Assembly: GCF_009914755.1 (NCBI RefSeq)
Contig: NC_060928.1
Source of the DNA: the human T2T-CHM13v2.0 reference genome, Homo sapiens
Direction: 5' to 3' (one strand)
Length of the DNA: 64,000 nucleotides
Of the stretch, positions 48,822 through 62,320 are shown one piece after another (the first letter of the stretch is position 1; each line of letters opens with the position of its first letter). The translations under genes and the position numbers were made by a program. Under the pieces are notes generated by a model. The model saw nothing but the letters and a program-made list of their open reading frames with translations. It ran no database searches and was not told the origin of the DNA.

Positions 48822-51800
48822 GGTTTTTTTTTTTTTTTAATAGATTTGGGGGTATAAGTGCTGCTTTGTTACATATATATTTTGGGTAGTGATGGGAGTC
48901 TGGGTTTTTTGTGTAACCATTACCTGAATAGTGTACATTGTGCCTATTAGGTAATTTCTCATCCCTCAACTTCCTCCCACTTTCCCACCTTTGATTCTCC
49001 AATGTCTATTTTCCCGCTCCCTCTGTCCATATGTACACATTTAGCTCCCACTTACAAGTGAGAAGATGCATTACTTGACTCTCTTTCTGAGTTGTTTCAA
49101 TTAAGATAGTGACTACCATCAATGTTGCTGCAAAAAGACATGATCTCATGCTCTTTTTATGACTAAGTTGTATTCCATTATAAATACCACATTTTCTTTA
49201 TTCAGTCTTCCATTCATGGACACTTAGGTTGATTTTATGACTTTGCTGTTGTGAATAGTGTTGCGATGAAACATATGAGTGTAGATATATTTTGACATAA
49301 TTTTATTTCTTTTGGATAGATACCCCGTGGTGGGATTGCTTGGTCAAATGTTAGTTCCATTTTTAGTTCTTAGAAAGATTGCCATTCTGTTTACCATAAA
49401 GGTTGTACTAATTTCCATTCCCACCAACAGTGAACAAGTGTTCCCTTTTCTCCACATCCATGCCAACATTTGTTATATTTTGACTTTTTAATAATAACCA
49501 TTATGACTGGTGTAAGATGCATTTAATAGTGTATGTTGATTTTTTTATCCTGAAACTTAATTAATTCATTTATTAAATCTACGAGTCTTTTGGAGGACTT
49601 TTTAGGAACTTCTAGGTACAAAATTATATCATCAGCAAACAGACATAATTTAATTTTCTCCTTTCTAATTTGGTGCTATTTCTTTCTTTTTCTTGCCTGA
49701 TTCTTCTGGCCGGGACTTACAGTACTCTGTTGAGTAGGAGTGTTGAAAGTGGGCATCTTTGTCTTTTTCTAGTTCTTAGAAAAAAAGCTTTCAACTTTTC
49801 TCTGTTCGGTGTGATGTTGGCTATGAGTTTGTCTTATATGGCTTTTGTTATATTCATGTATGTTCCTTCTATGACTAGTTAACTTGTTGGGGGGTTTTAT
49901 CATGAAGAGATGCTGAATTTTATCAAATGCTTTTTCTATATTTATTGAGATGATCATATGATTTTTGTTTTTAATTCTGCTTATGTAATGAACCATGTTT
50001 ATTGAGTTGTGTATATTGAAACATCCTTGCATCCCCAGAATAAAATCTACTTGATTGGGGTGTAGTAACTTTCCAGTGTGCTGTTAGATTAGTTTTGTCA
50101 GTATTTTCTTGAGGATATTTGAATCTATGTTCATCAGGGACATTGGTCTGTACTTTTCTTTTTTTTGTTTTGTTCTTGCCTGGACTTAATACTGGGGTGA
50201 TGCTGGTTTCCTAGAATGAATTAAGTAGGATTCCTTTATCCTCTACTTGTTAGAACAGTGGTACCAGTTCTTGTTGTGTGCAAATTCAAGATTTTTATAC
50301 CTTGTTGAATTGATCCGTTTATCATTACACAGTAACCTTCTTTGTCTTTTTTTACTTTTATTGATTAGAAATCTGTTTTTATCAGATAAAAATATATCTT
50401 CTTGTTGAACTGATTCTTTTACCATTATATAGTGACGTTCTTTGTCTTTTTTTTTACTGCTACTGAAGTCTGTTTTATCTAAAACAGGTATATATTCTTT
50501 TTGAATTGATCCTTTATCATTATATAGTGACCTTCTTTGTCTTTTTTTACAGTTATTGATTTAAAATTTGTTTTATCTGACACAAATATATCTAGCCCTG
50601 CTCACTTTTGGTTTTCATTGGCATGGAATATTTTTTTCCATCCCTGTATCTGCAGTCTGTAAGTGTCTTTACCATTTAGGTAGATTTCTCATAAGCATCA
50701 TCTGGTTGGATCATGTTGTGTTTTCTTGTTTGTTTGTTTGTTTTAATCCATTCTGCCAGTCTACATGTTTTAAGTGGGGCATTTAATCAATTTACATTCA
50801 AGGTTAAGATTGATATGTGAGGTTTTGTTTCTGTCTTAATGTTAATTGTTATCTAGCTGCTTTGTAGTCTCATTTGTTTAATTGCCTTATACTGCCTGTT
50901 AGTTTTATATGTATGTGTGTATTTGTGTTGGTAAGTATCGACTTTTCATTTCCATGTTTAGAATTCCCTTGAGCAATTCTTGTAGGGTCAGTCTAGTGCT
51001 GACAAATTCCGTCAGCATTTGCTTACCTGAGAAAAGTTTTCTTTCCCCTTCATTTATGAAGCTTATTCTGACAGGATACAAAATTTGGGTTTGACAGGTT
51101 TTGTTTTGTTTCTTTTTCCTTAAGCACTTTGAAAACAATTTCTCAATCTCTTCAGGCTTGTAAAATTTCTGCTGAGAAGCCCATGTTAATCTGATGGGAA
51201 TATTTTATAGATAATTAGATGCTTTCACGGTGCTGATTTTAAGATTTTTTTCCTTTATGTTGACCTCAGACAGTATGATGACTGTCTTGATGAGATCCTT
51301 CTTGCAATGTATTTTTCAGAAGTCTTTGAGCCTCTTGTATCTGTATGTCTAGCTCTTTTGCTAGACTAGGGGAATTTTCCTTATCTGTTTTCTCAAATAG
51401 TTTTTCCAGACTTTTTCTTTTTTTTCTACCTCAGGAATACCTATAACTCATAGGTTCAGACATTTCACATAGTCTCCTGCTATGAGAAGGCCTTTCTGAT
51501 GTTTAAAATTCTTTTTTCTTTGCTTTTATTTCACGAGATTAATTCAAGAGACTGTCTTCATATTCTGAGATTCTTTCTTCTGCTTGGTCTAGTCAATTCT
51601 TGAAGCTTTCAATTGTATTTTGTAATTACTCCTGTAATTTTTTCATTTCCAGAAATTCTGTTTGGTTTTTCTTTAAAATAACTCTCTCTTTGGTACATTT
51701 CTAATCTGAATCTTGAATTGATATTCTGATTTCTTTGCATTGGCTTTCAGATTTATCTTGGATCTCATTGAGCTTTCTAACAATCCATATTTTGAACTAT

Positions 51801-52910
51801 CTATCTAGCATTTCAGGATTTTCATTTTGGTTAGGATCCATTGCTAGAGAGGTCGTGTGATTCTTCGAGTCACCCTATTTACTCATACTGCTGAAATTGT
51901 TATGCTGGTTCCCTCTTACCTGGTGGAACTGTCATTCTTATGTTTTAATCTACTTTTGTCTAGATGAGAGTTTTTTACTTCTTAAGGGTGTAACAGTAAC
52001 ATGTGTTAAGTCAGGTTATTTAGCTTTGTTTCTGGGTGCTTTCAGGAAGCCAAAACTTTGTATGAATTTCTTGGTTATAGATAGCCTAAGTTTGTGGTTT
52101 TCTCAAATGCTAACTGTAGTAGTGGCATTCTGGGTGTGTGAGTAGGCTCTCCGCCTCCTACAGAAATGGGGAGGTGGTGGTCTTAAGAAACTTATCTTGC
52201 TCCTAAGCACTGTGCATTTGTGTCAGCGGATTTTTTATTGGGTTGTGCATTTCAACCTCCAGGCCAGTAGGTGGTCCCTGCAGGTAAGAGTTGACTAAGG
52301 TGGTAGTAGTATGGTATATGGTTGATCTTAGTTTACATGCAGTTCTATGGTGCCTCAGGCCACGGACTTGTCTGCAGAGAACTGGTTCCACTTTCAACTG
52401 CACATGGGGGCAAAGCTGGGTAGAACTGGATTAGGCTAGCCTGCCCTCTTGTACTCCTATGGCAGGTGCAAGCACCAGCCCTTAGAGGAGAGTGGCATAG
52501 AGTCTGTCACTCTGTGAGACTTCCTTAGTTATAAATAGCCTTAATGATGGCTTTCTCAAAGGTCTACTGTAATTGTAATGTACTAGGTGGGTGAATGGGC
52601 TCAAGGCCTCCTGAGAAGCTGGGGTGTTATAGGCAATTGTAGTAGCTGAGGTTGTACAAAGCTTTTCTCTTTCAAGAGTGCTGGCAATTGTGTCAGCAGA
52701 TGTTGTAATGCACTGTGCAGGTAGACTTCCCAGCCAGTAGATGAAGCTTGCAGGAGGAAGCCAGCTGCAGTGGTGGCCTTGGGATTTATGCTTGACCTTT
52801 GTTAACTAGAAAGTATGATTTCCCAAGTCATAGGCAGGGCCGTGGAACTCTCAGAAGTCCCTGTCCTTTGGTCTGCCACCATGGCAGGTTGAGAGGGCAA
52901 AGCTGGGTGA
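48822..52910 (-). mobile_element. L1PB4-like element with 5' UTR, ORF1 and internally deleted ORF2
   Basis: 3' end TTTTAATAGATTTGGGGGTA. RT fragment ([12 protein letters not shown]...EKAFDKIQH), ORF1 fragment (QILYPVRISFINEGE) and GC-richer 5' UTR. Deletions at ~49520 and ~50255. Confidence 0.85.
50301..50593. repeat. Tandem triplication of a ~97-100 bp L1 endonuclease segment
   Basis: CTT(G/T)TTGAA(T/C)TGAT...TTCTTTGTCTTTTTTT...TGTTTT(T)ATC units start at 50301, 50401 and 50497. Confidence 0.88.
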
Positions 52911-54149
52911 ATAATTGTGCAACATTCTTAAACTAAACAAAAATGAAGACAAATTTTTGAAATAAGAGAAAATGTCATTAAGTAAAGTTTTTTGGTTCTA
53001 TTCAAGGCTTTTGTTTGCTTGCAAGAGTAATCCATTCAAACTATCTTAGATAAAAGTAGAAGGGTTGAAAAAATACAAAGATCTCAAGGATCTCCTATAT
53101 GTTGAAACAGTAAATAGATAATTCTCAAGTGAATGAAAATAGGTTCTAGCAGATCAAGAATTTGAGCCATTTTCTCCACATCTCAGAGCCACGTTTTCTT
53201 CTACTACCACTTCTTTTTGCATTCTCTCTGTTAACATTCTTTTATACCTTATTATGTCCCTATATCTGCCTTTCATAATATGATTTGGGGGTCTGTTCTT
53301 CATCACCAAATAGCATGTTTTCTTAGTTTTTCATGTTCCTGAGAGGGAGTAAATTGATTCGTGTCATTTTTATGAGCAAGGCTGCAAATTTAGAAGCCAG
53401 CTCTCCTCATGAATTGTATAAATATGAGAGTCTCCTGGTGTTCCAGCCACGGTGGAAGACTCACGACCATCCCTTTACACTTTTAGGTCTTTATTTTCGC
53501 TAACACCCTTTCCTCAAAAACCCCAAATTCTTCCCATTGTCTGAGGCCAGTACCTCTGTTAAAATTTTAATAATATTTAACCTTTTATTATTATGGATTG
53601 CAATAATAGTTTAAGCCAATTATAAAATATTCCTGATCTAAACCTTGTAGTTTCTTTTATCTAAGGGTTAACTCCTTATGAACTCGTAAAATTAAGAACT
53701 GGATTTTTTTTTTGTATTTTTCAAAAATGCACAGTATTTTTCATATATAATATAAATGTTTATAGAGGTTCAAAAACAAAAAAGGTAAACGTGGACTGCA
53801 TATTGGTAATATTCCACATATAGTATCACCACAAGAGATATGTAAGACTGTACACAATTATAAAATGCATCCGAAGATATTAAATATGTTGATTAAATAT
53901 GTTAGCAAAACAAAAGTTCAAACTTGGGGCTCTTATTTTCTGAAATTTCCTGCTCAGTTCAGTAAATTCAATTATAGATAAATAAGTTTACATGAAGAAG
54001 GGAGATTAATGGATTAATGTCAATTTATACAGGTTTCTCTAGTATAGTAATGCAGCCTCTTCACTCATTTTTTTGATGTTCCATTTCTTTTTATTGAAGA
54101 GATGAATTACAACCGAGAAAGCATGCTCATAAAATTTTTACCATGGCAC

Positions 54150-54790
54150 AAAATTGCTGTTTCTTGCGTCTTTGCCTCTATGCATGTTATTTATTCTGTC
54201 TAGAATGTCATTGTTTTCCTTGTGTGTCTGATAAATACTCCAAAGTCAATCCTTCTCTAAGATCATCCACATATGCCTTTCCTTTACTAACATGAAAAAA
54301 CTAAATTTCTCATTTGACTTCTTACTTTGGCTATGATTAACCTGTTCTCCAAGGCTGCTAATCCACTAGTGACTTCCTAGGTTTATGCATTCCCACCTGC
54401 CTTCTTGATTCACCACAATTCAACCCAGCTGGTATTTTTTAAGTTCCACAAAGTACTGAGCTCATTCCCACTCAATGCTCTACTTCAGCCTATTTATTTA
54501 TGTGGAATACTCCTCAGCACCCCACCTTCCCTTCCCTAACTAATTATTCATATTTTGCTTTCAGTTTAAAGGCATCTTTAGCAGAGAACATTTTCTAACC
54601 ACCCAAACTAAGTCAGATCCCATCCTGTTATTCACTTTCATGGCCCTCTGCATTTTCCTTCATATTATATTTACAGGTTTGTAAGTTTTGAAATGTTTGT
54701 TTAATGTTTATCTCTTTCATGCATGATAAACTCTAAGAAGGTGGAGACTACATCTATTTTGTTCACCAAACTATGAGCAATAAATATGCG
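54150..54790 (+). mobile_element. L2 fragments
   Basis: TCTTTGCCTCTATGC ... GTGGAATACTC ... ATAAACTCTAAGAAGGTGGAGACTACATCTATTTTGTTCACC ... CAATAAATA. Confidence 0.6.
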
Positions 54791-55005
54791 TTATACATTT
54801 TCATTATGCCACTGTAACAGTTTTTTAATAGAGTTGTAGCTGTCGCTGCTACACGCCTATAATGGGAGCCGATTTCAACTGATGACTGTAATTCTAGAAA
54901 CTTGTCTAGCACTTATATAGACACATGATATTGCCTCAGAAATTGATTATTATCTGGCTTATATAATTAAATTCATTCATTCATAATTGTGAATTAATAA
55001 GGAAT

Positions 55006-55497
55006 TGTATTACATAGAATAATGGGTTCTCCAAAATATCTCCATTTTAAATTCTGGAACCCTGGATATGTTATGTTACATGAGAAAAAGATTATGTTTA
55101 AGGACGTTAAGGTTAGGGAAATTTTATAAGATAAATCCTACTGGATTCATTTTAATCAGTTGAGTTGATAACAACAGAGCCTTTTCCAGCTATGGTCAGA
55201 GAGATGAGACAGCAGAAAAGTCTGGGAGATGCAATGTTGCTGGCTTTGAAGATGAAAGAGTGTACGAATAAAGGAATGTGGATGGCTTCTAGAAGCCATT
55301 TTCTTTCTGGAAAATGCAAATAAAGGTTCTCCTCTAGAAACTCTAGGAAAGAACACAGCCCTAAAGACACCTTGATTTTACCTCAGTTAGATCCATGTCT
55401 GACGTCTAACCTACAGAACTGTGAAATATTTTTTGCTGTTATTTTAAGCCATTTAGTGTATAAGAATTTGTTATAGCCACAATAGAAAACTAATACA
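55006..55497 (+). mobile_element. MLT1D solo LTR
   Basis: ATGTTGCTGGCTTTGAAGATG, GCTTCTAGAAGC and GACACCTTGATTTTA. Ends AATAGAAAACTAATACA. Confidence 0.82.
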
Positions 55498-55843
55498 GGA
55501 ATATATAATACATATAATACTTATTTTAAGCCATTAAGTATATAAGAATTTGTTATAGCCGCAATAGAAAACTAATACAGGAATATATAATTCATATAAT
55601 ACTTATTTTAAGCCATTAAGTGTATAAGAATTTGTTATAGCCACAATAGAAAACTAATACAGGAATATATAATACATATAATACTTATTTTAAGCCATTA
55701 AGTGTATAAGAATTTGTTATAGCCACAATAGAAAACTAATACAGGAACATATAATACATATAATACTTATTTTAAGCCATTAAGTGTATAAGAATTTGTT
55801 ATAGCCACAATAGAAAACTAATACATGAATATATAATACATAT
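55439..55843. repeat. 82-bp minisatellite, ~4.9 near-identical copies
   Basis: Units start at 55439, 55521, 55603, 55685 and 55767, with 0-3 substitutions each. Confidence 0.97.
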
Positions 55844-55859
55844 GCAAGATGACAGAATT

Positions 55860-56110
55860 CAAATACAGAAAATTTTCAATTGCTTAGAAAAATTAGTTGA
55901 AACGAACAAAAACAATTGACTATAGATCAATATAAAGGTTTACATTCAAGACAAAAATATAACTGGATAAGGAATATCTGACTTAGCAGTAGTTCATGTA
56001 TAGAAGACCTTTAGTTTCTAACTTGACTATGATCATAACGGGAGTAAGATGTGTGAAACTGTTCCAAAGGCAACTACTGGGACTTTAGCCTACACTAGTC
56101 AAAGTTCTAA
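55860..56110 (+). mobile_element. L3/CR1 fragment
   Basis: GACTTAGCAGTAGTTCATGTATAGAAGACCT ... GATGTGTGAAACTGTTCCAAAGGCAAC ... TTAGCCTACAC. Confidence 0.6.
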
Positions 56111-56543
56111 TGGAGGTAGCCAAGACTTACCAAGACATGGGGCATTTATTATCTGGGGTATCAGAATTATCACTCAGAGACAGAAGTTTTTACGATTCAA
56201 TAAGTGAGGTTCCATGTTCTCTTCCCTCAAAGAGGCAAGCCGAAAAGATGGATATTCAGATAGACATACAAGGTAATGGAGATTCCATCAGTCAATGCAC
56301 CTGAGTGACTATGATGAGCAAAACACCTTGTTCATTAATTGAAAACTAAGTAAAAAATAAGTCTTTGTTGTTAAAGAAATATTTTAATACTGTTACTTAG
56401 TCTGTCTTGACTTATTTTGTGATCCTTCCCAAATACTTTTCAATGATAAATTATAAATAGTATCAAACTAGCAGTACGCTTTTTTGCTTAAGCCTACAGT
56501 ATATAGTAACATAATATAGCCTATAATCTACTAACCATATGGG

Positions 56544-56943
56544 TATGGCAGTACATTTTGCCGCTCAAGTATGATTTCTTAATCCTCTTGTGTTAGTCAT
56601 CAACATTATACACCAAGTATTTCTGCCTCTCTTCCCAAATAGTTGTTAAGTTGCAACGCCCAGTGGTATTGAAGTGAGATGTCACCATGTGACTTGCTTT
56701 TGCCAGTGTGTATCACTTCCTGGTGGAGCTTTATGGACAGTATAAATTCACTATCTTCTCTTTCTCTCTGCCACAGTGACAGTTTTAGTTAGTGGATAGT
56801 CTGTCAGTCTGTTTCCAAGACTGAGAACAGCAATGCAGCAGGGCCCCAGTTTTCCCTGATAGACATGGGACGTGAAATAAACCTTTGTTGAGATTTTTAG
56901 GTTGTTTTTTATCAGCATATTCTAGATTGTCCTGACAGATACA
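56544..56943 (+). mobile_element. MLT1J-like LTR
   Basis: CCATGTGACTTGCTTTTGCCA, TCACTTCCTGGTGGAGCTTTA and GAAATAAACCTTTGTTG. Ends CCTGACAGATACA. Confidence 0.68.
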
Positions 56944-58492
56944 AGCTCTCTTGCTAAAGCAGTTACATAAACGATTTTCAAAGAAAATATCTGCTTTTCC
57001 AATGATACTTTCTTAGTAACATGCTGCCTCTGAATGTATTATGTTGTTTTAATTACTTCTCATATATTAAAAAACAAGTATTTTTGGGTTTATGGAATGT
57101 GGTGTATAATATTTAAAAAACATAGATAAACTTAATATTTGCCTGTAAAACAAGGAGAAAATGGCCCATATCAATTCTTAGAAGTTATTTTAAGATAATA
57201 TGGAATCCCTATTCTCTAATATTTATTTCTATACTTTTTATATTGTAATGCAATGCTGATGCCATATTGACTTGTTACATAGAAAGATACGGTGTGGGAC
57301 TTCGTGTTATTTTTTCTCTACACTGTCCTTTCTCCCTTCCTTTTTTTTAATTAAGGTAGTTTTTCCTGAAATCAGTTTTGTTTGTGGCACCTTCTGACCT
57401 ATTTAATGGATTCAAAATAAATATTGCTTAAAAACATTTTAATAGCTTTTCTAAATCATATATGTTAATTGCTTTTATAACAGTGCTTTAGTGTTAGTAT
57501 TGCTGCCATTTTGTAAAGAAGTAAAGCTCATAGAAATAATGAGCTCAGCAGATAATAGTCCAATGATGACAAATTTCAAAGTAGTTCATCTTGTCCATGC
57601 CTGAATAAGTAAGAAAACTGAGTTTTTCTTTTGTAAAAAATGTATCAGATCGTTTTTAAAACATTGGATAGCCATGTTTACATGTATTACATGTATTACA
57701 AATACTTTTTTGTTCTTGGCAGAAAACTTGACTATATGTGAAGGCTCACTCAGACAGAATTCAAATGTGCATATTCCAGTGCATTGAAAAAATTTCTCCT
57801 TCACTATATCTGAAAAATCGCTATATCCCTGTTTTCTACAAGTGAACCTTTTGTTATATGTATAATGTTACTGCTATAAAGTTATACAATATGTAATATT
57901 ATTTCATTCACAACAACACGGTAAGATCCTCTATGTTAATAATTTGTCAGCTAAGATATCACATTTCCCAGTGGTCACTGTTTCAAAGCCTAGGATAGAA
58001 AACCATGTGGATGTTTTAACATATAAGGAGAAAAAAAATAGATCTATAGTTCAGCACAATAGTTTTCATATAGAGTCTGTTATTGTTTTTGTGTAGAAAA
58101 TTACACAAAGAATGAATGGCCATTTATTTATATCCATCCCCAGTTTTCTATTTAAATTCCGTTTCTAACCATGCCTGTAATTGACATTGTAACTGTGCCT
58201 GAAATTCATATTTCCTTTAATAGTGGTAATGGCATCAACTTCTTTGTTGCATGAGCATGTTCTGTGTAAGTGCTGAAAGCGCTGTATATAAAGATAAAAT
58301 TGTGAATAAAAAAGACATGTAGAATTTCCATAAAGAGGATTATTAAGTATCAGATAACTTCAAATGTTAAAGAAAGTTCCTAGAAGCATCAAAATAGCAA
58401 AAGTAGAATAATATACTTTAGCAGGGATGTACAGTATTAATTGTTCTTGTTCTCGTTGAATATGAACCTAAAATACTTTTTTCCAGAATACA

Positions 58493-58838
<346 letters not shown>

Positions 58839-58994
58839 TTATTTGAAAAAATAAACTAAAAAATGGGCATACATTTTGCCAAATCAATCATATTCTAAAT
58901 TTTAATTTAAGTATAACATTCAAAGAACTTTTTGACTATTTGATGAACTTTGCTATTACTTGTTGAGTTTGCGCATGAATAAGAATCTCTAATA

Positions 58995-60166
58995 CAGTCA
59001 TGTATTGCTTAACAATGAGGATACATTTCTGAGAAATGTGTCCTTCGGTGATTTCGTGTGTACTTACACAAACCTAGATGGTATAAGCTACTGTACACCT
59101 AGCCTATTGCTCCTAGGTTACAAATTTGTACAGCATTTTACTCCATTGAATATTGGAGGCAATTATAACACAATGGTATTTATGTATCTAAACATAGAAA
59201 AGTCACAGTAAAAATATAGTATAAAAGATGTTTAAATGGTACACCTATATAGAGCACTTACCATGAATGGAGCTTGTAGGACTTGAGGTTGTTCTAAGTG
59301 AGTCAGTGGGTGAACGTAAAGACCTAGGAGATTACTGAAAACTACTGTACACTTTGTAGACACTTGTACACTTAGGCTATCCTGGATCTATAAAAAAGGA
59401 TTTTTTTCTTCCATAATAAATTAACCTTTGTTTACTGTAACTTTTATACTTCATAAACTTTTAATTTTTTTAACTTTCTGACTGTTCTGTAATAACACTT
59501 AGCTTAAAACACAAACACATTCTGCAGTAATACAAAAAATTCTTTCTTTATATGTGTATTCTATAAACATTTTTCTATTTTTAATTTTTTTCATTTGATT
59601 ATACTTGTTAAATTTTCTTGTTAAAATCTAAGACTCAAACACACATGTTAGCCTAGGGTTACACTGGGTCAAGATCATCAAATCACTGTCTTTCACTTTC
59701 ACATCTTATCCCACTGTTGGTCTTCAGAGGCAATTATACACATGGAGGTATCATCTACTATGATAACAATGCCTTCTTCTGGAATATCTCCTGCAAGACC
59801 TGCCTGAGGCTGTTTTGCAGTTAACTTTTTAAAAAAATAAGTAGAAGGAAAACATTCTAAAATAACAATAAAATGTATAGTATAGTAAATACATAAACTA
59901 GTAACATAGTCCTTTATCACCATTATCAATTATTAGGTATTGTATGTAATTGAATGTGCTATACTTTTATATGGCTGGCAGTTCTGTAGGTTTGTTTATA
60001 CCAGCATCGTCACAAATACGTGAGTAATGAATTGCACTATGACGTTATGACAGCTATAAAATCACTACGCGATAGGAATTTTCAGCTCCATTGTAATATT
60101 AAGGGACCCCTGTCATATATGTGGTCTGTCTTTTTGACTGAAATGTCATTATGCAGTACGTGGCTG
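58995..60166 (+). mobile_element. Tigger3b/MER7-like DNA transposon (TcMar)
   Basis: TA|CAGTCATG ... CGTGGCTG|TA, i.e. TIRs with a TA target. ACTTACACAAACCTAGATGGTATA. About 1.17 kb. Confidence 0.88.
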
Positions 60167-61739
60167 TATTTGACATTATAATTCAACTAAGTCTTTCTAA
60201 TCTCGATTTTTATATGAAACGTATGTGTGCTAGGCATCAACACCATTCCGAGGAAAGACAGGATATTAGTAAAACAGATGGAACACCTAACCTTAAAAGT
60301 CCTTATTGATGTATTTATTTCCTGCCATGCTCTACTACTAGGTCTCCTAAATAGCTTAACAACAGAATCTTAGAATATCTCTACATTAATTTAATGAAAA
60401 GCACTAAAGGTTTTAGAGACAAATGATACAGAAATAATACTTATTTCTTTAAGTACTAAGTAATTTAATTTGTTATTCAATGATACAAATTCAAATGAAA
60501 TACATATTATTCATATATGTGTGTGAATATATGCATAAAGATTATAAATATTATAAGAATATTTTAGGAACTCAAAAATGAAGTCCAAAAAGATGAAAAG
60601 CAGTACTTATTATTGATAAGTAGCAATTATGCTGCTGAAACACTGAAATGAACATCCTGTATTTATTGCTTTTCTATCCTCTTACTAAATTTTGCCAATT
60701 AGATGTAGAAGGTCATAGGAAGATTCAAAGCACATTTATAAGGGTAATTGTACCAAGAGTAATCCAATTATGTTTAAATGCTTCTGTGATGTTATCATTC
60801 TTTATAAAAACCTCTGTTACACCAGCTTCATTTAAGAGACAGAGCAGATGCTGTTTTCCATTTACTTACTTCCCCTCATCCTACTAAGTCTGGAATGTGG
60901 TCCAGTCAGGATGTTATTCAGTACTAACTGTCTTGGTACCAATGTTCTTAAGCAAAACTCGTCGGTTATATATAGCTGTCCAGGATTAATGTATAAAGGA
61001 TTAGAAAATGATGAGCTATTTCGAGAGTTTCCTAAATCATCAACATGAGTAATCTATGCCTGTATTATACAACTTCAGCTCTCCAAATATTCTTTTATGA
61101 GGAATAATATGCAGCAACTGGTACAATTTGTTAAGTTTATTGCAGAAAATGATGTCAGTCTAGACTTTTTTATTCCTTTTTGCTGAATGTCATGTGCTCT
61201 AAATTATCAAAAGGAGTAATAAGAAAGTGAATATCTAGCAAAATTGTCTCATTCTGTACTATTGAAATAATTCAATACTAAGATTACATTATTTTTTCTT
61301 CTACAATGATAAAAGTACAACTTAGATATTGCACTTTGCTAGTATTACTTCTCATAGTCAATCATAGGAAAATTTCTGCCATTTTTTTCTGCTGACACAT
61401 GACAAAATATAAACATCCACTAAGAATAGGATGGTTGAACAATAGCAAAATAGATTATACTAACTTTTGTCTAAAATTATAGACTTCAAGTGATTTATAC
61501 CATTATAACATTGCATGTATAAACTTAATTTTCAAGCAGTGTATTAAATTCTGTTTAATTATAATGTAAACAAAGTAGATTAATGTAATATAAAGATACA
61601 TAATTTTATTACCTATGAAACTGCTGGTGATATGACGTTGAAAAACACACCAAAACCCAGTTTCTCAAAAATCATAATTTTTGACATTCTTTCTCTTTAA
61701 CTTTGGATTAATAACCACAGCTCTTACATGAACTGAATG

Positions 61740-62320
61740 AATATGTACTATTACTATGGAAAAGCAAAAGATACATATCCTGCAACATGTTGATGACATG
61801 ACTTTATTGTTGTTGTCGTCTAGTAGCTGTACATTGTTGTTTGACGGGATAACTCAGGATCAACTATAAAACTCAAATCAGTTTTTGGTACATGTTCTCC
61901 AATGTCTAATTGGCTTATTTCCAACAACCGAATCCAGCATGCTAACATGTTTAGTTACCTCAGGGTATATTTTACAACTAATTTAGCTTTTACTGGTTCA
62001 CTAGGAAGTCAAATTGCATAAAATGCTATGTTTTATAGGCCCTGGAGAATGATTGATAATATTTGCTATGAAAATGGTTGAGGCTACAATTATTGAGGCT
62101 ATCCAGGATGATATAAATCTTCCAGGCCTCAATGATATATTTCTTTTTATGTTGGAGCAGACGTGAATTATTTGCCAAGGAAATATCAGGCCCTGAACAC
62201 TTTCTCCTGCTATCTTCATTCAAAGATGATGTCGCCACTTCTTAAGACAAAATTTCTTGTTTTGAAAACTAATTTTCTTATCAAATATCAGCAATCTGTA
62301 GCTGATTTTTAAAGCATGTG
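61740..62320 (+). mobile_element. Ancient non-LTR retrotransposon RT remnant (L4/RTE-X-like)
   Basis: Degenerate RT motifs in the expected order: ILQHVDDMTLL (YADD, ~61777-61809), INYKT, and NNRIQHANMFSYLRVYFTTNL (YLG, ~61923-61985). Confidence 0.6.

Noticed and set aside
55439-55843. CRISPR-like regular array
   Set aside because: The units are contiguous near-identical repeats with no unique spacers, in human DNA. This is a minisatellite.
57750-57809. Possible 60-nt minus-strand exon (TTTTTCAG acceptor, GTGAGC donor)
   Set aside because: Weak donor, no recognisable peptide and no supporting neighbouring exons. Expected by chance.
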